From NCBI GenBank assembly GCA_027451665.1, contig DAIDIW010000002.1:146766-210765 (forward strand): 64,000 nt of DNA. Reading direction: 5' to 3'. The translations under genes and the position numbers were made by a program. Under the pieces are notes generated by a model that searched no databases, was not told the DNA's origin, and saw only the letters and a list, made by a program, of their open reading frames with translations. The stretch comes from Candidatus Kaiserbacteria bacterium. Lineage in GTDB: Bacteria; Patescibacteriota; Minisyncoccia; Phycocordibacterales; Phycocordibacteraceae. Shown piece after piece: positions 46,860-55,293 of this stretch. Every line of letters begins with the position of its first letter. Position 1 is the first letter of the stretch.

Positions 46860-47606
46860 CTAGTGCGCCTCTGCCGGATCTGCGATGGCGAGCTTGATGA
46901 AGAAGAGCGTAAGGATCGCGAATACCGCCGCCTGGACGAGCCCGATGAACATCTCGAATCCCATAAGCGGTGCCGGAAGGAAGAACGGCAAGAAGTATCC
47001 CGCTACGAGCACCATCACTTCGCCAGCGAATATGTTTCCGAAAAGTCGGAACGAAAATGTGATGATGCGCCCAAGGTTCGACAACGTCTCAAGTAAGCCG
47101 ACGACAAACCCCATGGGCGACCTCAGGTTAACATATCGACTCATGTGCCGGAAAAATCCGAGCATCGAGATGCCCGTAACCTCGATGACAAAGAACGAGA
47201 TGAGGGCAAGCGCGAGCGTGAAATTGAGATCCGTCGTAGGCGCACGGAAGAGCGGAAGGAATCTTCCCGCATGAAAGAACCCTACCGAGCCGACGCCCGG
47301 AAAGAACTCGAGTTCATTAATGAGCGCGACGAAGAGAAAGATGGTAGCGACGAGCGGAAAGAACTTCCGTGCGAGCTCCTCACTTTCCAGCGTCTCGGCC
47401 ATATAGGCGAGCGCCCCTTCGAAAGCCCATTCAACACCCGCCTGAAGCTTTCCGGGGACCATCTTCACGCGACGCCCAAAGAAGAATGCGAATCCTATCA
47501 AGAGCACCATGAGCAGCCACGTCATGACGAGGGCGTTCGTGATCGGAAAACCGAAAACGGAGCCGAGGTGCTCCGCTGCGAGTACCACTGAGATGCCGCC
47601 GCTCAT
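46860..47606 (-). CDS. atpB: ATP synthase Fo subunit a
   Basis: LSNLGRIITFSFRLFGNIFAGEVMVLV with the essential Arg; 5-6 TM. Confidence 0.9.
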   Translation of the reverse strand: MSGGISVVLAAEHLGSVFGFPITNALVMTWLLMVLLIGFAFFFGRRVKMVPGKLQAGVEWAFEGALAYMAETLESEELARKFFPLVATIFLFVALINELEFFPGVGSVGFFHAGRFLPLFRAPTTDLNFTLALALISFFVIEVTGISMLGFFRHMSRYVNLRSPMGFVVGLLETLSNLGRIITFSFRLFGNIFAGEVMVLVAGYFLPFFLPAPLMGFEMFIGLVQAAVFAILTLFFIKLAIADPAEAH

Positions 47607-47693
47607 GTGCCGCTATTCTAGCAAATTGCGTTTCGAAATGAAAAGGAAAAGGACCGCGATATGTGCGGTCCTTTGAGGGAGATCAGGAGATGT

Positions 47694-48167
47694 CTAGAGT
47701 ACGCCCCGCTTATGTTCGGCAATCACGATGCGTTCCGGCCGGAATGCCTCCTTGAGGACGGCGAGCGCCTTGCGCGGCTCGGCGTCCCCGCACATGAACA
47801 CATCGAAGGCAGCGTAGCCTTTCTCCGGCCAGGTGTGAACGGAGATGTGACTTTCCGCAAGAACGGCCACGCCGGATATGCCTCCGCCGCCAGAGAACTT
47901 ATGCAGGTGGATGTGCAGCAGCGTTGCGCCGGCCTTATCGACAGCCTCAACCAGCGCTTGTTCAATACGGTTGCGGTCGTCGAGACCTTCCGCATCCCAC
48001 AGATCGATTATCAGGTGGCCACCTGCGTACGTTATCCCGTTACACGTGATGAAGTGATCCTTGCGGTCTTCCTCCCCAGGAGGAATTGCAACCAGGACGG
48101 TCTTCGCCGGCATGCGAGCAGAAACTGCCCCATTGCCATTGATCGCCGCCGCAGTACCGTGAGCCAT
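47694..48167 (-). CDS. speH: S-adenosylmethionine decarboxylase proenzyme (class 1b, SpeH/SpeD-like)
   Basis: GVAVLAESHISVHTWPEKGYAAFDVFMCG contains the ES-H self-processing site and HTWPE signature. Start may be the internal ATG (MPAKTV). Confidence 0.75.
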   Translation of the reverse strand: MAHGTAAAINGNGAVSARMPAKTVLVAIPPGEEDRKDHFITCNGITYAGGHLIIDLWDAEGLDDRNRIEQALVEAVDKAGATLLHIHLHKFSGGGGISGVAVLAESHISVHTWPEKGYAAFDVFMCGDAEPRKALAVLKEAFRPERIVIAEHKRGVL

Positions 48168-48395
48168 CCAGGCCTCCTAATGTCATGGTAAGGGCGTTCA
48201 CACGATGCGAACGCTGTCTAAACCGCGGGCAGTATAGGGTTTCTGTACGAAAACACAATAGGCATTTGACCCTCTGGCAAGAATTATGTGGATAACCCGC
48301 TATCAACGGTGCTCGCCTCCCTGCCCTAGCATTCCGGTTCTTACGGGGTATACTTGCCCTCGTTAGCTAGAAACCTAATACCACACGTAATCGCT

Positions 48396-48650
48396 ATGGC
48401 ACGAAAAGCCAACCCCGCACTTCTGAAGCCTCTGGAGCTCGACGCTGAGCTTGAGGCAGTCGTGGGCAAGGGTCCCATGCCCCGTTCTGAGGTCGTCAAA
48501 AAACTCTGGGAGTACATCAAGAGGAATGATCTCCAGAACCCGGCGAACAAGCGCAACATCCTTGCGGATAACAAGCTCCGCCCGATTTTCGGCAAGGACG
48601 AAGTTACCATGTTCGAGATGACAAAGCTCGTCTCGACGCACATGAAATAA
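48396..48650 (+). CDS. SWIB/MDM2 domain protein
   Basis: ELDAELEAVVGKGPMPRSEVVKKLWEYIKRNDLQNPANKRNILADNKLRPIFGKDEVTMFEMTKLVSTHM matches the SWIB consensus (PxxELAAVVGxxxMxRxEVVKKLWxYIKxNxLQDPxNKRxIxxDxKLKxxFG..xVxMFEMxKLLxxHL). Confidence 0.8.
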   Translation: MARKANPALLKPLELDAELEAVVGKGPMPRSEVVKKLWEYIKRNDLQNPANKRNILADNKLRPIFGKDEVTMFEMTKLVSTHMK

Positions 48651-48717
48651 GCTGCGACTTCGTGCAGCACAGAACCGCCGCCCTTCGGGCGGCGGTTCTG
48701 CTATCTCCTCTGCAGAG

Positions 48718-49419
48718 TCAGACTCCTGTGGACTCGAGGGGACTTGAACCCCTGACCCCCTCCATGCCATGGAGGTGCTCTACCAGCTGAGCTACGAGCC
48801 CGTGTGCACCATTTAACCGCATTTCTACGGTACGCGCTACAGGACCGGTCAGTATGAGGCCGGAAACGTATATCGCGGCAACAGCATATGCGGCACCGCC
48901 AATGACATCTGCGAGGTAGTGCTGCTTTACGAACAACGTCGAAAGGGCCACGAGCGTGCCGACCGTCCAGATAAGGGGAGCATACGCGGGAAATGCGAGC
49001 GCGCAGAAGTAGGCCACCGTGAGCGCCATGAGGACGTGGGTGCTTGGAAATGTGTGCGCCCGATCATCGTGGCGATAAAGCCAGTGGACGAGCCTGCTAC
49101 TCACGTCGTTGCGCCGTATCTCGGGCTGGCGTATGCCGCCTTTGATGAAATAACGCGTGAGGGAACCTGCAAGCAGCCCAAAGATGAGCGCAACATAGAG
49201 CGCCTCGGCGTAAGGAGTCTCAAACATACGGATAAGCGCCACTCCCACGAACGGGAAAAGTCCGAAGTACGGGAAGATGAATTCAGGCACGAAGGGTATC
49301 TGCCTGTCGAGCGCGCTCATAAAGTAATACTTCGCCCGCCCGCGATTCAGCGGGAAATACAGATACATGCTCGCGATGACGAGCGCGAGAAGCGCAAGAA
49401 GCAAGACGTCGCGTGTCAT
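48718..49419 (-). CDS. PAP2-family phosphatase (phosphatidic-acid-phosphatase type 2 / undecaprenyl-PP phosphatase-like); 3' end uncertain
   Basis: PSTHVLMALTVAYF and KQHYLADVIGGAAYAVAAIY are the PAP2 PSGH-like and SRxxxxxHxxxD motifs. Start at ATG 49419. The ORF reads through tRNA-Ala(GGC), so the true stop is unclear. Confidence 0.55.
   Translation of the reverse strand: MTRDVLLLALLALVIASMYLYFPLNRGRAKYYFMSALDRQIPFVPEFIFPYFGLFPFVGVALIRMFETPYAEALYVALIFGLLAGSLTRYFIKGGIRQPEIRRNDVSSRLVHWLYRHDDRAHTFPSTHVLMALTVAYFCALAFPAYAPLIWTVGTLVALSTLFVKQHYLADVIGGAAYAVAAIYVSGLILTGPVARTVEMRLNGAHGLVAQLVEHLHGMEGVRGSSPLESTGV
48729..48801 (-). tRNA. tRNA-Ala (anticodon GGC)
   Basis: Revcomp GGGCTCGTAGCTCAGCTGGTAGAGCACCTCCATGGCATGGAGGGGGTCAGGGGTTCAAGTCCCCTCGAGTCCA; G3:U70 Ala identity pair; anticodon loop AUGGCAU; CCA not encoded. 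Confidence 0.9.
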
Positions 49420-49829
49420 GGCACGTTGCGATAATATGCGTACGACGCCCACCCAACGGTCACGCATGCGACGAATGCCCCGAATAGAAGGCCAGCGACC
49501 AGGACCGCACGTTCATACCGCATGAACCGCAACAGCTCATACCCCGTAGCGAACCCGAGCTGGGCGAATAGGATGTCCGCAAAGCTATTCGTGACAGCTT
49601 CTGTCGAAGCTAGTCCGGTGAACCGCTCAATAAGTTCCCAGCCTCCGGCAACAAGCACGCTTATGCCGAGACCCGGCCAAAAGAAGACCGAGTGTTCGAG
49701 TAGAAGGAATGCGATGAGTGTACCGGAAATCACGTGCGTGATGCTCCAGAGATCAGCATACTTCCCCTCCCATATCGAACGGTCGCTCATGAAGCGAACG
49801 AGCAGAGAATCAGTCATAGGATATGTCAC
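49416..49829 (-). CDS. hypothetical membrane protein
   Basis: 137 aa, 4 TM; ATGA overlap with the PAP2 gene start. Confidence 0.4.
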   Translation of the reverse strand: MTYPMTDSLLVRFMSDRSIWEGKYADLWSITHVISGTLIAFLLLEHSVFFWPGLGISVLVAGGWELIERFTGLASTEAVTNSFADILFAQLGFATGYELLRFMRYERAVLVAGLLFGAFVACVTVGWASYAYYRNVP

Positions 49830-50026
49830 TAAACATCCCTAACTATAACGCAGCCGCTCGAGCGTAAGGGAATACGTGAATAGGAAAGGGCGACGATGTA
49901 CCGCCTTTTCTCGCGCGAGCTAATCCGCACGCTCTCGACTTACCGAGCTATTGGCGGCTCGCTAAACGAAGCAAGAAATACGCCAGTTCATCGTCAAGGC
50001 GGCGGAATTGGACACTGTGTCCGGTT

Positions 50027-50102
50027 TGGTGGACCCTAGGAGATTCGAACTCCTGACCTCGTCAATGCGAATGACGCGCTCTACCAACTGAGCTAAGGGC
50101 CC
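50027..50102 (-). tRNA. tRNA-Ala (anticodon CGC), CCA encoded
   Basis: Revcomp GGGCCCTTAGCTCAGTTGGTAGAGCGCGTCATTCGCATTGACGAGGTCAGGAGTTCGAATCTCCTAGGGTCCACCA; G3:U70; anticodon loop UUCGCAU. Confidence 0.9.
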
Positions 50103-50126
50103 TGTGCGGGAGAATATAACAAACTT

Positions 50127-50197
50127 TCGGGCCGCCGGGAATCGAACCCGGTCTACATCCACCCCATGGACGCGTACTACCGGTATACTACGGCCCG
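50127..50197 (-). tRNA. tRNA-Pro (anticodon GGG)
   Basis: Revcomp CGGGCCGTAGTATACCGGTAGTACGCGTCCATGGGGTGGATGTAGACCGGGTTCGATTCCCGGCGGCCCGA; C1:G72, anticodon loop AUGGGGU with G37, short D-loop; 24 nt from tRNA-Ala(CGC). Confidence 0.8.
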
Positions 50198-50235
50198 CGT
50201 GCGCGCAGCATACCACGCACCCACCGTGCTGCGAA

Positions 50236-50631
50236 TCAGAGGAGCACTCCCGCCACGAGATAGACCGCGCTCGAGATGACGGCTCCCGCAAACGTTCCCC
50301 ACGCCATGTCGACCAGGCTCATTGTGAGCGGCCATGCTGCCGTGGTCGCGAGATTCGTGAGATCGTAGGTACCATAGGCAATGAGACCGAAGAACCCGCC
50401 AGCGAAGAAAGCGAACGCGAGCGAGTGCTTCCCTACTGCCGGCTCGATGACGAAAAACACGAGGCCGGCGACGTAGAGTAGATAGAACACGACCGCCGCC
50501 CACCACACCGTATGGCTCGCGAGTAACGAGCCGAGCTGCGACTTATAGAACGAGCGTGCGACGCCCACTATCCACGCGAGGTCGATGACCGCGAGCACCG
50601 GAAGGGTGATGAGGAAGAGCTTGAGATACAT
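50236..50631 (-). CDS. hypothetical small membrane protein (4 TM)
   Basis: 131 aa, hydrophobic, Trp/Tyr-rich loops; adjacent to tspO. Confidence 0.4.
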   Translation of the reverse strand: MYLKLFLITLPVLAVIDLAWIVGVARSFYKSQLGSLLASHTVWWAAVVFYLLYVAGLVFFVIEPAVGKHSLAFAFFAGGFFGLIAYGTYDLTNLATTAAWPLTMSLVDMAWGTFAGAVISSAVYLVAGVLL

Positions 50632-50635
50632 AGTA

Positions 50636-51109
50636 CTAGTTTAGCAGCACGATCCCGAGATTAAGCGTCGCGGCATAACTTACCCAGAGCAGGTACGGCA
50701 AGAGCAACCATGCGGATAATGCAGAGAGCGGAATGAATAGCGCAATGAATGCCACGACGCAAAGCCATAAAAGCACGATTATCACCATGCCGGAGCGGGG
50801 CCGATGCATGCCAAAGAAGACGATTGACCAGAGCGCGTTTATGATCAGGTGCCCGAAGAAGACATAGAGTGCGAACGCATAGCCAGGACGGCCGCCAAGA
50901 AAGACGAGCAGCGCAGCGATACCCATGAGGAGATACAGGATGTTCCAGACGGGTGCGAATACCCAGTTCGGCGGGTTCCAGCTCGGCTTCGTGAGCGTGT
51001 CATACCAGGTGCGGATGTTCGGTGTCGTAAAGAGCGCGCCGATGCCGCCAGCAAGATAGGGCGCGATAATGCACGCCGCAGCGATGCCGCAGTATGTGAA
51101 AAAGTTCAT
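50636..51109 (-). CDS. tspO: TspO/MBR family tryptophan-rich sensory protein
   Basis: TWYDTLTKPSWNPPNWVFAPVWNILYLLMGIAA matches the TspO W-Y-x-x-L-x-K-P-x-W-x-P-P-x-W-x-F-x-x-V-W-x-x-L-Y signature; 5 TM. Confidence 0.85.
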   Translation of the reverse strand: MNFFTYCGIAAACIIAPYLAGGIGALFTTPNIRTWYDTLTKPSWNPPNWVFAPVWNILYLLMGIAALLVFLGGRPGYAFALYVFFGHLIINALWSIVFFGMHRPRSGMVIIVLLWLCVVAFIALFIPLSALSAWLLLPYLLWVSYAATLNLGIVLLN

Positions 51110-51208
51110 ATAGGCATGCTAGCACTCTTCCGTGCCATACAAAGGGCATACGGAAAGCGCCCCGTGAAGGGCGCTTTCCGTATGCCTATGCCAGATACGA
51201 GCTCTGTG

Positions 51209-51279
51209 TCGGGCCGCCGAGAATCGAACTCGGGTTATACGCACCCGAAGCGTACGTAATACCACTATACCACGGCCCG
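51209..51279 (-). tRNA. tRNA-Pro (anticodon CGG)
   Basis: Revcomp CGGGCCGTGGTATAGTGGTATTACGTACGCTTCGGGTGCGTATAACCCGAGTTCGATTCTCGGCGGCCCGA; same acceptor stem as Pro(GGG); anticodon loop UUCGGGU. Confidence 0.8.
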
Positions 51280-51310
51280 ACACAGAACTTGATCTGTCAC
51301 GCGACACGCC

Positions 51311-51386
51311 GCGCAAAGAATGGTGGGCGGTACAGGACTCGAACCTGTGACCCCACCCGTGTGAAGGGTGTGCTCTACCAACTGAG
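51311..51386 (-). tRNA. tRNA-Val (anticodon CAC), CCA encoded
   Basis: Revcomp GGGCGGTTAGCTCAGTTGGTAGAGCACACCCTTCACACGGGTGGGGTCACAGGTTCGAGTCCTGTACCGCCCACCA; anticodon loop UUCACAC. Confidence 0.9.
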
Positions 51387-51439
51387 CTAACCGCCCATCT
51401 GTCGCCGCGCCCTGGAAGGATAGCAGATATTGGGTAATT

Positions 51440-52405
51440 TTAAATACCGAGCGACACAAGCGCGCTTTTCACCTCACTAATGGGGAGCGCAAAGCCAACG
51501 TTCTGCGCGCCTTGTGCGGTAGCCACGTCAACGCCGATTGCCTCACCGGAGAGGTTTACAAGCGGCCCGCCCGAGTTGCCGGGATTAATGGCGGCATCGG
51601 TCTGAATGACGCCCTTCAGGGTTTCCGACTGGCCGGTCGCCGTATCTGCTGCCGTAATGGAGCGATTGAGTCCGGAAATGACTCCCACGGAGACCGAGTT
51701 GTTGTATTGGCCGAGCGCATTCCCTACGGCAAACACGCTCTCGCCGAGCTTAAGACTCGAAGAATCGCCGAGCGGAATGGTGGTATACCCGCTACCGGAG
51801 ACTTTCACTACGGCAAGGTCTTCGCTCGGCGAACGCCAAATAACGGTTCCCTGCTTCTGCGTCCCGTTCGCGAGCAAGACCGTATACAGTGCATTCGTGT
51901 CCGGCACGACGTGCTTGTTCGTCACGATATACCCGTTACTCTTCACAAAGAAGCCTGTCCCCGCAGATACCTGCTGCGTCGTGGTGCCCACTTGATGATA
52001 TACCGGCACCTGGATGCCGAAGCCCTGGAAATTCGGGTCGTTCCCGAACGGATTCTCGTACGTCACCTGCAGCTCAGGTACTTCTTTGCTCTCTACAATT
52101 GAAACTACGGCAGGCGTAGCCTTGGCGACTGCGTTCTGCAGCACATTGCTCGAGCCCGGCTGGGCGTTCAATTGCTGCTCGCGTCGCGAGAGCTCAGATA
52201 TAGTTGCTTGGGTAGACGCTGCCGTCGTGCTCGCCGAGTGCGCAAGTTCTGCGACGGCCGCATTCGTTTCGCTAAGCGAGCTCTTAAGCGCAGTCAGCTC
52301 CTTCCCGAGCACGGCAGTCTTGTCCGCCTGCCATGCGAACCCGGCCACGAGTATGAGGAGCGTCACGAGCGCAGCCAGCGCGAACGATTCAGGAATCTGC
52401 TTCAT
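51440..52405 (-). CDS. HtrA/DegP-family trypsin-like serine protease (apparently without PDZ domain)
   Basis: N-terminal TM, catalytic triad context HVV...D...GNSGGPLVNLSGEAIGV; 321 aa ends soon after the protease domain. Confidence 0.75.
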   Translation of the reverse strand: MKQIPESFALAALVTLLILVAGFAWQADKTAVLGKELTALKSSLSETNAAVAELAHSASTTAASTQATISELSRREQQLNAQPGSSNVLQNAVAKATPAVVSIVESKEVPELQVTYENPFGNDPNFQGFGIQVPVYHQVGTTTQQVSAGTGFFVKSNGYIVTNKHVVPDTNALYTVLLANGTQKQGTVIWRSPSEDLAVVKVSGSGYTTIPLGDSSSLKLGESVFAVGNALGQYNNSVSVGVISGLNRSITAADTATGQSETLKGVIQTDAAINPGNSGGPLVNLSGEAIGVDVATAQGAQNVGFALPISEVKSALVSLGI

Positions 52406-52499
52406 ACGAAGTAATACGATTAGCCTATTATGGAGCTTTCAAGCCGCGCATGTTCTTGATTCCTCACCGCGCCCTTCCTTTACGCTCCTCTGCAATCCT

Positions 52500-52575
52500 T
52501 GGTGGACCCTAGGAGATTCGAACTCCTGACCCCCTCATTGCAAATGAGGTGCTCTACCAGCTGAGCTAAGGGCCC
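52500..52575 (-). tRNA. tRNA-Ala (anticodon UGC), CCA encoded
   Basis: Revcomp GGGCCCTTAGCTCAGCTGGTAGAGCACCTCATTTGCAATGAGGGGGTCAGGAGTTCGAATCTCCTAGGGTCCACCA; G3:U70; anticodon loop UUUGCAA. Confidence 0.9.
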
Positions 52576-52604
52576 CGCGGCTAGCATACTAGCATTTGCG
52601 GCTT

Positions 52605-53054
52605 TTAAAATGAAGATGCGCTTAGGCGTCGTAACACGTCTGACGCGTAGACATCGAGATCCTCATGGGAGAGCAGCTCCTCGAGAGTGTACCAGGCATG
52701 AGCCGTGTGTTCTCCGCTATGGCGTACAACCTCTCCCTCGCCGTGTACCAAATACGTGAGTCGCACCACATGACGATCACCACCCACGAAAAGGTCCTGC
52801 GCCGCGAGCAAGGTCGGCATTTCTGACAGATGAAGTCCGGTCTCTTCGCGTACCTCGCGCGCGAGATTCTCCAGGAGCGGACTGCCTGGTTCGATCCGCC
52901 CTCCGGACAAGTCCCACAAACCCTTCATAACGCCGTACTGTTCAGTGTTACGCTTCAGCAGCAGGAATCTGCCCGTCCGTCGTGAAGAAACGCTTTTACG
53001 CCCACCTGGAGGGTCATACCTCTCGAAGTGCGAGCCGGACGAGATGCGAGACAA
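52605..53054 (-). CDS. Nudix hydrolase
   Basis: Nudix box GGRIEPGSPLLENLAREVREETGL (G-x5-E-x7-R-E-x2-E-E-x-G-U). Confidence 0.75.
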   Translation of the reverse strand: MSRISSGSHFERYDPPGGRKSVSSRRTGRFLLLKRNTEQYGVMKGLWDLSGGRIEPGSPLLENLAREVREETGLHLSEMPTLLAAQDLFVGGDRHVVRLTYLVHGEGEVVRHSGEHTAHAWYTLEELLSHEDLDVYASDVLRRLSASSF

Positions 53055-53979
53055 AATCCGGGAGCGCGATTCCGACTGCGGAAAGCGCCTTTGGCATGAG
53101 CGATTCGCGCGTGAGTCCCGGGAGCGTATTCGTCTCGAGATAGTAGATACCTCGCGGCGTCACCATGAAATCCGAGCGTGAATAGTGGCGCAGGCCGAGA
53201 CCGCGATGCATGAGACGAGCGGCGCGCGCGAGCTCCTCTGCATCGACACGGCGGAAGTGTCCTGGCACGATCTCCCGCGCGGCGCCCGAATACTTTGAAT
53301 GATATGAAAAGAAGTCTCCCGAGGGCGGCACGATTTCTACCGAGGGTAGCACATAAAGCGCCTCGCCACGGATCTGTTCGATGACGCCGGTGGTCGCCTC
53401 CTGTCCGCGCACATACTCCTCAATGAGAATGCTTCGCGCACCCTCTGTACGAAGCCGAAAGAGTGCTTCACGGATCGGCGCATAACCGCCAACGATTGAA
53501 ATACCGAGGGACGAGCCCCAGCCGATCGGCTTTATGACCACCGGCTGATGAAACGCGCGCGTCACTTCCCTTGCGATCGCATCAAGATCATCCTGTGATT
53601 CCACATAACGGAATGCGGGCGTCTGAAGTCCAAGCTCACGCGCCTTCATCTTGGCCATAAGCTTATGCATGGCGAGGTACGATCCGAATGAGTCAGTGCC
53701 GGCATAGGGTACGCCGAATCGCTCAAGGAGCCGCTGGACTTCTCCGTCCTCGCCGTATTCTCCATGCAAACCGACCAGTACGACATCGAGCTGGCGGAGG
53801 ATGCGCTCCGGTGTCGAAGGACGGCCGCGATCATGCCAAAGACCTTGCCGGTCTATGTAGATATCGCGGACGAAGAAGCGCTCGGGAGGCAATGCTTCGA
53901 GCATGGATGCCCCAGTCTTAAGCGAGACCTCATGCTTGCGACTCGGACCGCCGCGGAGCACCCCGACGATGGTTTGCAT
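53014..53979 (-). CDS. ddl: D-alanine--D-alanine ligase
   Basis: N-terminal VGVLRGGPSRKHEVSLKTGASMLEAL, VVLVGLHGEYGEDGEVQRLLERFGVPYAGT, ATP-grasp VVIKPIGWGSSLGISIV; start at ATG 53979 (MQTIVGV). Confidence 0.85.
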   Translation of the reverse strand: MQTIVGVLRGGPSRKHEVSLKTGASMLEALPPERFFVRDIYIDRQGLWHDRGRPSTPERILRQLDVVLVGLHGEYGEDGEVQRLLERFGVPYAGTDSFGSYLAMHKLMAKMKARELGLQTPAFRYVESQDDLDAIAREVTRAFHQPVVIKPIGWGSSLGISIVGGYAPIREALFRLRTEGARSILIEEYVRGQEATTGVIEQIRGEALYVLPSVEIVPPSGDFFSYHSKYSGAAREIVPGHFRRVDAEELARAARLMHRGLGLRHYSRSDFMVTPRGIYYLETNTLPGLTRESLMPKALSAVGIALPDFVSHLVRLALREV

Positions 53980-53998
53980 GGGAAGATTGTAGCATTCG

Positions 53999-55234
53999 TT
54001 AGGAACGCAACGGTTTGCCGCGAGCGCGTCGGTGCCGAGCGAGAGAAAAGCGATGTGCCTCGGAATTCGCAAGCACAGCATCAGCTTCTGAGATCCGCGC
54101 CAGGCGTGCGCCTATGACTTCGCGCGGACGATGACGCTCGTCCTTTATCACGGAAACCACGGGGATGGTGATTCCTGCGTTGACGAGCACGACTTCCGCT
54201 GCCTTCTTCTGGGCTCTCCCACCATCAACGATAATGACATTCGGATACGGCCATTCCGAATGGCCGAAACGGCGCGTAAGCAGCTCTTGCAAGGAAGCGA
54301 TGTCGTCATTCTTCTGGACGCCGCGGATATTGAACGTCCGATACTCCTTCTTTATAGGCACACCATCCTCAACTACCGTCATGACGCCGACCGCATTCGT
54401 ACCGGAGAGATGGGCCGTATCGTACGCCTCGATGCGTCCCGTAGCCCCCACGGTCCCACGATCCTCGCGGATGAGCGAGACATCCTGGAGGTGATCGAGC
54501 GAGAAGAGCTCCTTCCGCGATTCAGCTGCATCCTCGAATCGCTCTTCCTTCGCTGCCTCTCGCATCTCGCGTTCAAGCGTACGTCTGAGCTCCTTGCCGC
54601 GTCCCGAAAGAAAGAGCTTCACATTGCGCATCGTGCGGCGATACTCCAGCGGATCATACGCGCGCGGATAGTGTCCGATCTGTCGATTGAACTCTACCTT
54701 CGCTGCCTGATGCTTGCTCTTCGCCCCGACGGGCTTTGGCGTATCGTAGAATGGGAATATGCGACGGATGAGCCGGAGCCCCTCGCGCAGCTGCGCACCC
54801 GAAGGAAAGGGTCCGTATATATCTGAGACGCCTACGCCCTCACGCGTCTGCTTCTTCGAGCGGTCCAGATCCTTCCCACGGATGGAAAGGATACGTGGGA
54901 TGTCTTCCTTCGTGACGACCGCATACATGAATGAGGAGTCATCCTTGCCGTCGATGTTGGCGGGCGGCATGTAGTGCTTTATGAGCGCCGCCTCGCGCAC
55001 CAAGGCTTCGAGCACCGTGGGCGTCGTCTCGTACGAGAGGCGATTGGTGCTCGTCACCATGTCGACAATACGCGGTCCGCGCGTAACGATGAGATTATCG
55101 TCAAAATAACTCTTCACGCGATCACGCAGCGATGTGGCCTTCCCCACATACAAAACCTTTCTGCCCTTCTTGAAAAGATAGACGCCCGGGCAGTCCGGGA
55201 GTTCCAGTCGCTTCAGATCTGCGCGTTCCATCAT
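53999..55234 (-). CDS. uvrC: excinuclease ABC subunit C, lacking C-terminal (HhH)2 domain
   Basis: GIY-YIG PGVYLFKKGRKVLYVGKATSLRDRVKSYF; UvrB-interacting region; RNase H-like endonuclease domain IEAYDTAHLSGTNAVGVMTVV...VIIVDGGRAQ. 411 aa versus about 600 canonical. Confidence 0.8.
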   Translation of the reverse strand: MMERADLKRLELPDCPGVYLFKKGRKVLYVGKATSLRDRVKSYFDDNLIVTRGPRIVDMVTSTNRLSYETTPTVLEALVREAALIKHYMPPANIDGKDDSSFMYAVVTKEDIPRILSIRGKDLDRSKKQTREGVGVSDIYGPFPSGAQLREGLRLIRRIFPFYDTPKPVGAKSKHQAAKVEFNRQIGHYPRAYDPLEYRRTMRNVKLFLSGRGKELRRTLEREMREAAKEERFEDAAESRKELFSLDHLQDVSLIREDRGTVGATGRIEAYDTAHLSGTNAVGVMTVVEDGVPIKKEYRTFNIRGVQKNDDIASLQELLTRRFGHSEWPYPNVIIVDGGRAQKKAAEVVLVNAGITIPVVSVIKDERHRPREVIGARLARISEADAVLANSEAHRFSLARHRRARGKPLRS

Positions 55235-55293
55235 TTCAGTGTGCCTGAGAAGGAAGGCAAACTCAACCGAATAAATAAGTGCAGGCCGGAGAT

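Noticed and set aside
55181-55210. GGGCAGUCCGGGAG resembling the RNase P RNA P4 region (GGAAAGUCCGGGC).
   Set aside because: Lies inside the well-supported uvrC coding sequence on the opposite strand. No surrounding RNase P secondary-structure elements.
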